A DNA stretch of 39,754 nt. Source: a virus. Its lineage: Duplodnaviria > Caudoviricetes. Under the pieces are notes generated by a model. It saw only the letters and a program-made list of their open reading frames with translations. It was not told where the DNA came from and made no database searches. The position numbers and the translations under genes were made by a program. The stretch covers positions 1 through 39,754 of the IMG/VR virus record IMGVR_UViG_3300043244_000125, one strand, 5' to 3'. Positions 18,105 to 26,626 of this stretch are shown piece after piece (positions within the stretch are counted from its first letter, which is position 1; every line of letters starts with the position of its first letter).

Positions 18105-18155
18105 TGGGGGGCGGCGTCGTCTCCATCGGCCGCGCTCGCGCCGGGCGCGACGGCT

Positions 18156-18385
18156 GGGGAAGGCCTTTGGTGACGGCTTCGCCTGACCAAAGGCCTTCGT
18201 CGAGCGTGCGAGGGCGATCGGGCCTGTCAAGGACCGGGCTTCGCCCGGCCGCGAAGCGGCGCGCCGGCGGCGCGTCCTTGACTGGCCCGATCGCCCTCGG
18301 ACCATGGACACGAGGCTTTGCGTGCGGCGCAGCCGTCACCAAAGCCTCTCGTGACCGAAGCCGCGTCGAGAGCCAGCCGCCGACG
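18156..18385 (+). repeat. Structured multi-hairpin element, copy 1 (between terL and portal)
   Basis: Highly similar to 24649-24880 and structurally to 39302-39493; stem GTCAAGGAC...GTCCTTGAC; boundaries approximate. Confidence 0.85.
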
Positions 18386-18538
18386 CGGACCCGCCTGCGG
18401 CGCACCCCCGAAAAAATCGCCCGTGGAGGCCGATCGCGGCGAGGCGGACCGGACGGGCGTCGGGAGGCGCGGACCCGGCCTTAAGCGGCCTTATTCGCCA
18501 TTACGGGGCCATCGCGCCCGCAACCGAGGACGAGCATC

Positions 18539-20089
18539 ATGGGCAGCCGCACGAAAGACGCCGCGACCGGCCAACCGCCCGCCGGAATCATCGCCACGAC
18601 GGGCAACGGCCGCGACGTGACCGAGTTCTTTCTGGGGCGCCTGCGCCCGCTGCGCGACGCGATCCTGGCGGCCAAGGGCGCGGGGCTCGAGCTCTATGAA
18701 GAGGTCCGCCGCGACGACCGGGTGGCGACGGCTTTGCAGCAGCGACGGCTGGCGCTGATCTCCAAGCCCTGGCGCGTCGAGGCGGGCGGGGAGGATGCCG
18801 CCAGCGTCGCGGCGGCCGAGGCGCTGCGCGCGGATCTTGAACGCATCGGCTGGGACCGGGTGTGCGAGCGGATGCACTGGGGGGTGTTCTGGGGGCATGC
18901 GGTCGCCGAGCTCGTCTGGGAGCCGCGCAGCGACGAATGGGGCACGCGCTGGACGTGGAGCGGGATCAAGGTGCGCAAAGCCCGCCGGTTCCGGGTCGGG
19001 ACCGACGGGACGCTGCGGCTGATGACGCCGGCGGACCAATTCGAGGGCGAAATCCTGCCGGAGCGGAAGTTCTGGACGTTCACGAGCGGCGAGGACGCCG
19101 ACGACTATCCCTATGGCATCGGGCTGGCGCACTGGCTCTATTGGCCGGTCTATTTCAAGCGCCACAGCCTGCGCCAATGGGCGCAGGCGGTCGAGAAGTT
19201 CGCGAGCCCCACGGCGGTCGGGACGTTCCCGGCCGGCACGTCGGAAGCCGATCAGAAACGACTGCTCGCGGCGCTCAGGGCGCTCCATCAGGATTCGGGG
19301 ATCGTGGCGCCGGAGGGCGCGTCGATCTCGCTCCTGGAAATGGTGCGGGGCGCGTGGGCCGATCAGGCCGCGCTCTACGCCGCCATGGACCGCGCGATCG
19401 CGACCATCATCACCGGCCAGTCGACCACGATCGAGGCGGCGAGCAATCGGGCGCAGACCGAGACGCACAAGGACGTGCGCGACGAGCTGATCCGCGCGGA
19501 CGCCGACCTCCTCGACGAGAGCTTCCGGGCCGGGCCGGCGACCTGGTGGTGCGCGTGGAACTTCCCGGGCGCGGCGGTGCCGATCATCAAGCGGGATCTG
19601 GAGCCCGAAGAGGACGTCAAGCTCGCCGTGGAGATCGACGCGGCGCTCGACAAGATGGGCTGGGCGCTCAGCGAGGAGCGGGTGCGCGAGCGCTACGGCG
19701 AGGGGTATGTGCGCAAGGCCGCAGGGCCGGCGCCGGTCGCGCCGATCGCGACCGGTTCCGGGCCGGCGGGCGATGCGGGCGCGAGTTTCGCCGACGAAGA
19801 AGCGGCCGATGAGGCGGCCGACGATGACGCCGTGGACGACGCCGACGCCATCGCCGATTTCGCCGAGGTGCTGGGGCGGGCGACGTGGCGCGACGCGGTC
19901 GGGCCGGTCGTGCGGGCCGTCGAGCGTCTGGCCCGCCGGGCCTCGTCGCTCGAAGAGGTGCGCGACGGACTGGCGGCATTGGTGGAGAACGGCGTCGATC
20001 ACGAGCGCTTCGAGACCGATCTGGCGCAGGCGACGCTGCAGGCGCGGCTGGCCGGCCGGCTGAAGCTGCCCTTGGACGGCGGGCGATGA
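18539..20089 (+). CDS. Portal protein (Mu gp29/DUF935)
   Basis: LYEEVRRDDRV...RRLA, PYGIGLAHWLYWPVYFK...W....EKF..P, I.GQSTT, H.DVRDELIRADA. Confidence 0.94.
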   Translation: MGSRTKDAATGQPPAGIIATTGNGRDVTEFFLGRLRPLRDAILAAKGAGLELYEEVRRDDRVATALQQRRLALISKPWRVEAGGEDAASVAAAEALRADLERIGWDRVCERMHWGVFWGHAVAELVWEPRSDEWGTRWTWSGIKVRKARRFRVGTDGTLRLMTPADQFEGEILPERKFWTFTSGEDADDYPYGIGLAHWLYWPVYFKRHSLRQWAQAVEKFASPTAVGTFPAGTSEADQKRLLAALRALHQDSGIVAPEGASISLLEMVRGAWADQAALYAAMDRAIATIITGQSTTIEAASNRAQTETHKDVRDELIRADADLLDESFRAGPATWWCAWNFPGAAVPIIKRDLEPEEDVKLAVEIDAALDKMGWALSEERVRERYGEGYVRKAAGPAPVAPIATGSGPAGDAGASFADEEAADEAADDDAVDDADAIADFAEVLGRATWRDAVGPVVRAVERLARRASSLEEVRDGLAALVENGVDHERFETDLAQATLQARLAGRLKLPLDGGR

Positions 20090-21408
20090 GCGAGCCCCTG
20101 TTCGCGCGCCGACCGTCCCGCGAGGCGATCGCGGCGTTCAAGGCCAAGGCCGTCGGCGCGCGGACGCCCTATTTCTCCTGGCGCGATCTGGAGCCCGAAG
20201 AGCATGCGACCGCCTTCGTCGTCGCCAAGGCTTTGCGCGCCGACGTGCTGGAGGCGATCCACGCGCTGGTCGAGGAATCGATCGCGCAGGGCCTGACCCG
20301 GGATCAGTTCGTCCAGCGCCTCGAACCGCGGCTGCGCGCGCTCGGCTGGTGGGGACGCCGGACGATGACCGACCCGCAGACCGGGGAGGCGATGGAGGTC
20401 CAGCTCGGCTCGCCGCGCCGGCTCAAGATCATCTACGACACCAATCTGCGCACCGCCCATGCGGCGGGCCTCTGGCAGCGGATCCAGGACGACAAGGCGC
20501 TCTTGCCGTGGCTCGTCTATCGCACGCAGCGCGACGAGCGGGTGCGGGCGAGCCACGCCCGCTTCGACGCGATCGTCGCGCGGGTCGACGACCCGTTCTG
20601 GGACACGCACTACCCGCCCAATGGCTGGAACTGCCGGTGCTTCGTCATGCAGATGAGCGACGGCATGCTGGCGTCGCGCGGGCTCAAGCCCTCGCCGCCG
20701 ACGCAGATCGCGATGGCGCGCGGCGCGCCGACCAAGGTCGAGAACAAACGCACCGGGGTTCTGGAGGAGGCCTGGCCCGGGGTCGACGCGGGCTGGGCCT
20801 ACAATCCGGGCCAGGCGCGTCTGGCCGCGCTCGACGCGGCGGCGCGGCGACCGCGGGCCTTCGACGCCGACGTCCCCGCCCGGGCGCGTCCCCGCGTCGG
20901 CCTCGCCCGCCTTCTGCGCAAAGGGCGCGACGGGGACGCGGCCTCGCTCTCCCTTCTGACGGGGCTCGTCCGGACGGCCCGGCTGGCGACGAGCCTCGGG
21001 CGCGGCGGCCTCGAGCGCCTGCGGTTGCGCCTGAGCCACGACGGGGTGGAGGCGCTCGTCGGCGGCATGGCGGTGCAGCGGTCCGGCGACGATCTGGCGA
21101 TCGCCCATGTCGAGCCCTTGCCGCTTGCGCTGCGCGGCGTGCGCATCGGCCAACGGCTGTATGATCTGGCGAGCTTGCAGGCCGCCGCTCGCGGCGGGCG
21201 ATTGCTCTCCGGACGTCAGATCAGCGCGTCCGCTCGGCGGGTTTGGGCCGGGTATGCGGCGACGGGGCGGGTGCAAGTCCTCGCGCCCGGGGTCGTGCTC
21301 ATCGCCGGCGAGTTCGAGTTGGCGCCGGGCTCGCTCATCGAGGTCGAGGGTGATACATGGATTTCGCCCGACCCCATCTTCGCCCTTCACCCGCCGCGAG
21401 ATCCGTGA
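20086..21408 (+). CDS. MuF (gp30) head morphogenesis protein with C-terminal extension
   Basis: AFVVAK, GSPRRLKIIYDTNLRTAHAAG.W, D.RVR..H, YPPNGWNCRC, D.GW.YNPG; extra C-terminal domain with GNAT-like motif. Confidence 0.92.
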   Translation: MSEPLFARRPSREAIAAFKAKAVGARTPYFSWRDLEPEEHATAFVVAKALRADVLEAIHALVEESIAQGLTRDQFVQRLEPRLRALGWWGRRTMTDPQTGEAMEVQLGSPRRLKIIYDTNLRTAHAAGLWQRIQDDKALLPWLVYRTQRDERVRASHARFDAIVARVDDPFWDTHYPPNGWNCRCFVMQMSDGMLASRGLKPSPPTQIAMARGAPTKVENKRTGVLEEAWPGVDAGWAYNPGQARLAALDAAARRPRAFDADVPARARPRVGLARLLRKGRDGDAASLSLLTGLVRTARLATSLGRGGLERLRLRLSHDGVEALVGGMAVQRSGDDLAIAHVEPLPLALRGVRIGQRLYDLASLQAAARGGRLLSGRQISASARRVWAGYAATGRVQVLAPGVVLIAGEFELAPGSLIEVEGDTWISPDPIFALHPPRDP

Positions 21409-21641
21409 TGACCGAAATCGCCAGCGCGATCATCCAACCCACGCCCCACACGCCATGGAGCGCGGACGAAATCCAAGCTTATCTTGGCACCCTGCCCGGC
21501 GAGATGGGACCATGGTTCTGGCGTGTCCGCGCGATCATGAGCGAGTATGGATACGGTAGCGAGGCCATGCGCATTCGGATGCTCGAAGAGATGCGCACGG
21601 TCGATGGTTTGAACGCTTGGGCGGAGAAAGCATTCCCCTGA
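21408..21641 (+). CDS. Small protein coupled to MuF, candidate immunity protein
   Basis: TGATG overlap with the MuF stop; 77 aa; lower GC than neighbours. Confidence 0.6.
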   Translation: MTEIASAIIQPTPHTPWSADEIQAYLGTLPGEMGPWFWRVRAIMSEYGYGSEAMRIRMLEEMRTVDGLNAWAEKAFP

Positions 21642-21647
21642 TCGCCG

Positions 21648-21671
21648 CCTGACACCTGCCACGCTGAAGCG
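21648..21671 (+). promoter_or_regulatory. Candidate late-promoter/activator site, copy 2
   Basis: CCTGACACCTGCCACGCTGAAGCG, 23/24 identical to copy 1; upstream of the protease. Confidence 0.7.
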
Positions 21672-21699
21672 GCTCGATCGGAGCCGGTAGAGGCGGGGC

Positions 21700-22917
21700 A
21701 TGACGACGCCCGAGCCCGCCACGTCCCCCTCGTCCGCCACGCGTCTGCCCGTGTTCCGGGCCGGCCGCCATCGCGCGATGGAGGGCCGCGAGGTCAGCTT
21801 CGGCGCGGGCGAGCTCGCCGACATCGCCGCGTCCTACGACGCCAGCGCCCACGCCGCCCCGCTGGTCATCGGCCATCCCCGGCTCGACGCGCCCGCCTAT
21901 GGCTGGGTCGGGGCGCTCAGCGTCGAGGGCGACCGGCTGATCGCCGATTTCTCCGAGATCTCGGAAGCCGCGCGCGACCTGGTCCGCGAGGGCCATTATC
22001 GCCATGTCAGCGCGAGCTTCTACGCGCCCGACGCCGCCGCCAATCCGACGCCGGGGCGCTGGCATCTGCGCCACGTCGGCTTGCTCGGGGCGACGCCGCC
22101 GGCGGTCAAGGGGCTGGGCGCGGTGTCCTTCTCGACCGCCGACGCCGTCGACGTGGTCACGGTGTCCTTTTCCGAACTCTCCTCGCGGGCGGCCTGGTCC
22201 ATGGCCGCGCTCGCCCGCTCGGTCGGACGCCTGATGCGGCGCTCGCGCGAACGCGTCGTCGCCGAACAGGGCCTCGAGGCCGCCGATCGCGAGATGCCCG
22301 AGTGGGACGTCGCCTCGACCGAGGAAGTCGCCGCGCGCCTGACCGCGGAAGCCGAAGCGCTGGCCGAGGCCGAACGGGCCGCGCCGATCGCGCCCGACCC
22401 CTTGTCTTTCGCGGCGCCCGCCGCCCCCTCCAGTCCGGAGCCGTCCATGAGCCCTGAAGAGATCGCCGCAGAGATCGCCGCCCTCCAAGCGGAAAACGCG
22501 CGGCTTGCCGCGCAGAACGCTTCGTTCGCCGAGGCCGAGGCCGCCCGCGTGCGGGCCGCGCGCGCCGGCGAAGACCGCGCTTTCGTCGCCGGCCTCGTCA
22601 CCGCGGGACGATTGCCGCCGGGCCGGGCGAGCGAGGTCGCGAGCTTCCTCGAACGCCTGGACGACGGCGAGGCCGTCTCCTTCTGCGAAGGCGGCGAGCC
22701 GCACACCGCGCGCGCCTTCTTCAAGGCCTTGCTCGGCGGCGCCGCCCCCGTGCTGAGCTTCGGTGAAAGCGCGCCGGCCGCCCAGGACCGGCCCGTGCCC
22801 GGCGAAGCCGCCGCGATCGCGAAGGCGATCGACGCCAAGATCGCGGCGGCCGCCCAGCGCGGCGAGACCCTGTCCTATGCCGACGCCGTCGGCGAATTCC
22901 GCAGCCAAGGAGCCTGA
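21700..22917 (+). CDS. Head maturation protease/scaffold (Mu gpI/Z-like)
   Basis: VFRAGRH, APLVIGHP...PAYGWV, YRHVSASFY, LRHVGLLGA.PPAVKGL; helical C-terminal scaffold with internal ATG 22447. Confidence 0.92.
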   Translation: MTTPEPATSPSSATRLPVFRAGRHRAMEGREVSFGAGELADIAASYDASAHAAPLVIGHPRLDAPAYGWVGALSVEGDRLIADFSEISEAARDLVREGHYRHVSASFYAPDAAANPTPGRWHLRHVGLLGATPPAVKGLGAVSFSTADAVDVVTVSFSELSSRAAWSMAALARSVGRLMRRSRERVVAEQGLEAADREMPEWDVASTEEVAARLTAEAEALAEAERAAPIAPDPLSFAAPAAPSSPEPSMSPEEIAAEIAALQAENARLAAQNASFAEAEAARVRAARAGEDRAFVAGLVTAGRLPPGRASEVASFLERLDDGEAVSFCEGGEPHTARAFFKALLGGAAPVLSFGESAPAAQDRPVPGEAAAIAKAIDAKIAAAAQRGETLSYADAVGEFRSQGA

Positions 22918-22920
22918 TCG

Positions 22921-23307
22921 ATGGCGTTGCCCGGCCTCACCCGCACCTTCCTCACCAGCGCCGGCGCCGTGCCGGCCTGCCGCGTCGTTTCGATCGGCGC
23001 CGCCGACAACGAAGCGATCCTCGCGAACGGCTCGGCCGCGCCGCTGCTGGGCGTGAGCGAGCAGGCGCCCGCCGCCCCGCCGATCGGCACGCCGATCGAC
23101 GTGATCCTGACCGGGGTCGCGACGCTGGAAGCCGGCGCCGCGGTCGGTCGGGGCGCGCCCGTGACGGCCGATGCGACGGGCCGCGGCGTGGCCGCCGCCC
23201 CGGCGGCGGGCGTGAACGCGTGGGTGGTCGGTCTCGCGCTCGAGGCCGCCGTCGCCCCCGGCGACCGCATCCGGGTCCTTTTGACCCAATCCCGCATCCA
23301 AGGCTGA
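22921..23307 (+). CDS. Capsid decoration/cement protein (DUF2190-like)
   Basis: LGVS...DVILTG...LEAGAAV.RG..VTADATGR...G.ALEAA..GD.I.VLL; between scaffold and capsid. Confidence 0.8.
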   Translation: MALPGLTRTFLTSAGAVPACRVVSIGAADNEAILANGSAAPLLGVSEQAPAAPPIGTPIDVILTGVATLEAGAAVGRGAPVTADATGRGVAAAPAAGVNAWVVGLALEAAVAPGDRIRVLLTQSRIQG

Positions 23308-23319
23308 GGAGCTCCACTC

Positions 23320-24264
23320 ATGACCGCCGCCTTCACCGTCAATCCGGCCCTGACGGGCCTCGCGATCAGCTATCGCAACCCCCGCCTGATCGCCGACAGC
23401 GTGCTGCCCCGCGTCCCGGTCGGGACGAAGGAATACAAGTATCACGAGCTGCCGATCGGCGACGCCTTCACGGTCCCCAACACGCTGGTGGGCCGGAAGG
23501 GCGCGCCCAATCAGGTCGAGTTCGGCATGGTCGAGCGCAGCGGCATGGTGCGCGACTACGGCCTGGAAGACGCCATCCCGGCCGACGACATCGCCCAGGC
23601 CGCGGCGATGCGGGCGCAGGGCGCCAGTTTCGACCCCGAGGCGGTCGCGGTCCAGAATTTGATGGACCTCGTGCTGCTCGATCGCGAGATCCGGGTGGCC
23701 GCCCGCGTCTTCGCCGCCGGCACCTATCCGGTCGGCAATCGCGTCGTCTTGGCCGGCGCGAGCCAATGGAGCGACCCGGCGAGCAATCCCATCACGGCGA
23801 TCGGCGACGCGCTCGACGTGCCCGTCATGCGCCCGAACGTGGCGATCTTCGGCCGGCGCGCCTGGACGCGCACGCGCCGCAATCCCGCGCTCGTCAAGGC
23901 GGCCTCGCGCTCGGCCGGCGACAGCGGCCAGGTCACGCGCGAGGAGTTCCGCGACATGTTCGAGCTCGACGAGGTGCTCGTCGGGGAAGGCTTCGTGAAC
24001 GCGGCCCGGCCGGGTCAGGCCGCGACGCTGGCGCGGGTCTGGGGCAATCATTGCGCCCTCATCCGCCGCGACATGCTGGCGACGACCGCGGGCCAGCGCG
24101 CGACGTTCGGCATCACCGCCCAATGGGGCGCGCGCGTCGCGATGACGGAGCCGGACATGAACGTGGGCCTGCGCGGCGGCGTGCTGGTGCGCGCCGGGGA
24201 AAGCGTCGACGAGCAGATCACCGCCTCGCGCCTGGGGTTCTTCTTCGAAAACGCCGTCGCCTGA
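23320..24264 (+). CDS. Major capsid protein
   Basis: P.LTGLAISYRN..LIAD.VLPRVPV...LDREIRVA...QWSD..SNPI...G.FFENAVA; GAGGAG RBS. Confidence 0.9.
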   Translation: MTAAFTVNPALTGLAISYRNPRLIADSVLPRVPVGTKEYKYHELPIGDAFTVPNTLVGRKGAPNQVEFGMVERSGMVRDYGLEDAIPADDIAQAAAMRAQGASFDPEAVAVQNLMDLVLLDREIRVAARVFAAGTYPVGNRVVLAGASQWSDPASNPITAIGDALDVPVMRPNVAIFGRRAWTRTRRNPALVKAASRSAGDSGQVTREEFRDMFELDEVLVGEGFVNAARPGQAATLARVWGNHCALIRRDMLATTAGQRATFGITAQWGARVAMTEPDMNVGLRGGVLVRAGESVDEQITASRLGFFFENAVA

Positions 24265-24274
24265 GGAGGCCCCC

Positions 24275-24466
24275 ATGTTCGTGACCCTCTACTCCTACGT
24301 CTCGCTCGACGGGGAGACCTATGGACCCGACAGCCCCGCCGGCGACCTCGTCGATCTGGACGAGCCGGTCGCGCGGATGCTGATCGCGCGCGGCGACGCC
24401 CGCGCGACGGAGCCGGAGCCGCAGCCGGAGCCGGAGCCGCAGCCGGAGCCGAAGGGCAAGGGCTGA
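24275..24466 (+). CDS. Small head-associated protein with EPEPQP repeats
   Basis: GAGGAGG RBS; DGETYGP...VDLDE..AR.LI.RG.A; tandem repeat coding the C-terminus. Confidence 0.7.
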   Translation: MFVTLYSYVSLDGETYGPDSPAGDLVDLDEPVARMLIARGDARATEPEPQPEPEPQPEPKGKG

Positions 24467-24648
24467 CAAGATCCCGCGCGAAATCGGGCGATGAGGGCGG
24501 CGGGCCGGTTCGGATCAGCGGCCCGCCGCCGGAGTCCGAGAGTAGGAGGCCCGGCTCGGACCGGGACGACGACGTCGAGAAGAGGCGTGACGGCCCGGAG
24601 AGACGGGCGGCCGACCCCGGCCGAGGCGCGCGCGTGTTCGCCTCGGCC

Positions 24649-24880
24649 GGGGAAGGCCTTTGGTGAGGGCTTCGCCTGACCAAAGGCCTCCTTCGAGCGT
24701 GCGAGGGCGATCGGTCGTGTCAAGGACCGGGCTTCACCCGGCCGCGACGCGGCGGCCCTTCGGGCCGTCCTTGACGCGCCCGATCGCCCTCGAACCATCA
24801 GACCGGGCTTTGCGTGCGGCACAGCCGTCACCAAAGCCCGTCATGACCGAGGCGGCTCTTGAACGGCCGCCGCCGATGCG
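24649..24880 (+). repeat. Structured multi-hairpin element, copy 2
   Basis: Similar to copy 1 with compensatory stem changes; upstream of the 24912 gene; boundaries approximate. Confidence 0.85.
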
Positions 24881-24911
24881 GGCGGGATGCCCGCGGCCCC
24901 GGAGGCCTCGC

Positions 24912-25160
24912 ATGTCGACCTTCCATCCGCCGCCACCGGTTTTCACCGATGCCGAAATCGCGGCCGACCCGCTGCTCCAGGCGTTCCACTTCGCGCACCT
25001 TCCCGAGCGGCTCCAAGCGGTGTCGGAGCCGTTCTGCACGCTCGCCCGCAAGCTGGTCGACGACGTGCCACGCAGCGCCGAGCGCAGCGCCGCGCTCAGA
25101 AAGCTGGTCGAGGCCAAGGACTGTGCGGTGCGCGCCGTCGTCTTCGCGGACCGCCGATGA
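24912..25160 (+). CDS. Small helical-hairpin protein, possibly Acb2/Tad1-like
   Basis: GGAGG RBS at 24901; LLQAFHFAHLPERLQAVSEPF..LA..LV..VPRSAERSAALRKLVEAKDCAVRA; ORF well supported, family call tentative. Confidence 0.6.
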   Translation: MSTFHPPPPVFTDAEIAADPLLQAFHFAHLPERLQAVSEPFCTLARKLVDDVPRSAERSAALRKLVEAKDCAVRAVVFADRR

Positions 25161-25588
25161 CCTACGCCACGCCCGCCGACCTCGAGGCCGCCTTCGGCGC
25201 GAGCGAGCTGCGCGCGCTCGCCGATCGCGACCGCGACGGCGCGCCCGATCCCGCCGTGATGACCCGGGCGCTCGAGGACGCGGACGCCGAGATCAATTCC
25301 TATCTGGCCGCCCGTTACGCCCTGCCGCTCTCGCCCGTGCCCGCCCAGATCCGCGCGATCGCCTGCGACGTCGCGCGCCATCGGCTCGACGCCCTCAACC
25401 CCCGCGACGTCGTGGAGACGCGCTACCGCGCCGCGCTGGCGGCGCTGCGCGACCTGTCGACGGGCAAGGCGACGCTCGGCCAGGCGGGGGCGGCGGCGAG
25501 CGATCCGGCCGCGCCCGCGCCACCCACGACGGTGAGTTTCGTCGAAGGCGCGCGCGCGTTCGGCGACGACCGTCTGATCGGGTTCTGA
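25157..25588 (+). CDS. Head-tail adaptor (Mu gp36/DUF1320)
   Basis: MTYAT..DL...FG..EL..L.DRD...ALEDA.AEINSYL..RY.LPL...ACD.AR..L. Confidence 0.92.
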   Translation: MTYATPADLEAAFGASELRALADRDRDGAPDPAVMTRALEDADAEINSYLAARYALPLSPVPAQIRAIACDVARHRLDALNPRDVVETRYRAALAALRDLSTGKATLGQAGAAASDPAAPAPPTTVSFVEGARAFGDDRLIGF

Positions 25589-25594
25589 GCGAGG

Positions 25595-26101
25595 ATGTCG
25601 ATCGCGATCGAAATCGCCTGGGACGGCGCAGGCGCGGACGGCGGGTTCGCGCGACTGGCGCGCCTCGGGGCCGACTTCGCCCCGGTGATGAGCGCGATCG
25701 CCGGCGCCATGCTGACGGCAACCCGGGAACGCTTCGCCTCGCGCACCGATCCGGACGGGAATCCCTGGCGACCGAACCGGGCCGGCACCCGGACGCTCTA
25801 CATGCACGGCCATCTGTTCGGGACGTTGGCGGCGGGCTCGGACGCGCAGACGGCGTGGGTCGGGTCGAACCGGGTCTATGCGGCGGTCCACCAGTTCGGG
25901 GCCACGATCCGGCCCAAGACCGCCAAGGCGCTGCATTTCGCGACCGGCGACGGCGGGTTCGCGACCGTCGGATCGGTCACCATTCCCGCCCGCCCTTATC
26001 TCGGGTTCGGCGCGGTCGAGCGCGCGGACGCCGCCGGACTGGTCGCGGCCGCCATCAAGGGGGCGCTCGACGGCCGCTCCGCGTCGCCGCCCACCGCCTG
26101 A
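25595..26101 (+). CDS. Phage virion morphogenesis protein (Mu gpG/P2 gpS-like)
   Basis: RF....DPDG.PW, VGSN.VYAAVHQFG, IPARPYLG. Confidence 0.9.
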   Translation: MSIAIEIAWDGAGADGGFARLARLGADFAPVMSAIAGAMLTATRERFASRTDPDGNPWRPNRAGTRTLYMHGHLFGTLAAGSDAQTAWVGSNRVYAAVHQFGATIRPKTAKALHFATGDGGFATVGSVTIPARPYLGFGAVERADAAGLVAAAIKGALDGRSASPPTA

Positions 26102-26112
26102 GGAGACGCCCC

Positions 26113-26589
26113 ATGAGCCTCGTGCAGTCCGTCGTCGATCGTCTGGGCGCCCGGTGCGCCGACGGGCCGTCCGCGCCCTTGCACGGGGTCGGCCGCGCGG
26201 CGGATCTCATGGCCGCGCGCGGCGAGCTGCGCCGACCGGTCGAGGCGTGGGTCATGGGCTGGGACGTCGAGGCGGCGAGCCCGCGCGCGGCGACCGGGCC
26301 GACGCGCCAGCTGGCGCGCGAAAGCGTCATCGTGCTGATCGGGTTCCTGTTCGCCGGCCCCGCCGGCGGCGCGGCCGAGCCCGAGACCGTCGAGGATGCG
26401 GTGGTCGAGGCGCTCTTGGGCTGGACGCCGCCCGATCGCGCAGAACCTTTGGCGTTGCGCGGCGCGCGGCTTTTGTCCTTCGACGCGGGCGCGGGCACGC
26501 TCTTCCGGCAAGTGGTGTTCGAAACCGCGCGCGCGCGTCGCGACCGCCTGACAAGCGCCACGCTGAAGTCGCCCTCGGGCCGGGCTTAG
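26113..26589 (+). CDS. Tail terminator/completion-like protein
   Basis: AGGAG RBS; ALLGWTPP motif; position before the tail tube. Confidence 0.7.
   Translation: MSLVQSVVDRLGARCADGPSAPLHGVGRAADLMAARGELRRPVEAWVMGWDVEAASPRAATGPTRQLARESVIVLIGFLFAGPAGGAAEPETVEDAVVEALLGWTPPDRAEPLALRGARLLSFDAGAGTLFRQVVFETARARRDRLTSATLKSPSGRA
26547..26570 (+). promoter_or_regulatory. Candidate late-promoter/activator site, copy 3
   Basis: CCTGACAAGCGCCACGCTGAAGTC upstream of the tail operon, inside the end of the preceding ORF. Confidence 0.6.
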
Positions 26590-26626
26590 GACGGGGCGAT
26601 CGTCACCGCCCCCGGAGCCCGCGCCC

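Noticed and set aside
17957-18620. ORFs crossing the terL-portal gap, and similar ORFs at 24319-24834 and 39072-39603
   Set aside because: They are translations of the structured repeat; shared peptides reflect DNA repeat identity, not protein conservation
24410-24451. GAGCCGGAGCCGCAGCCG tandem repeat
   Set aside because: Simply encodes an EPEPQP low-complexity tail
24462-24485. CTGACAAGATCCCGCGCGAAA as a fourth late-promoter motif
   Set aside because: Only the CTGACA half matches; the GCCACGCTGAAG core is missing
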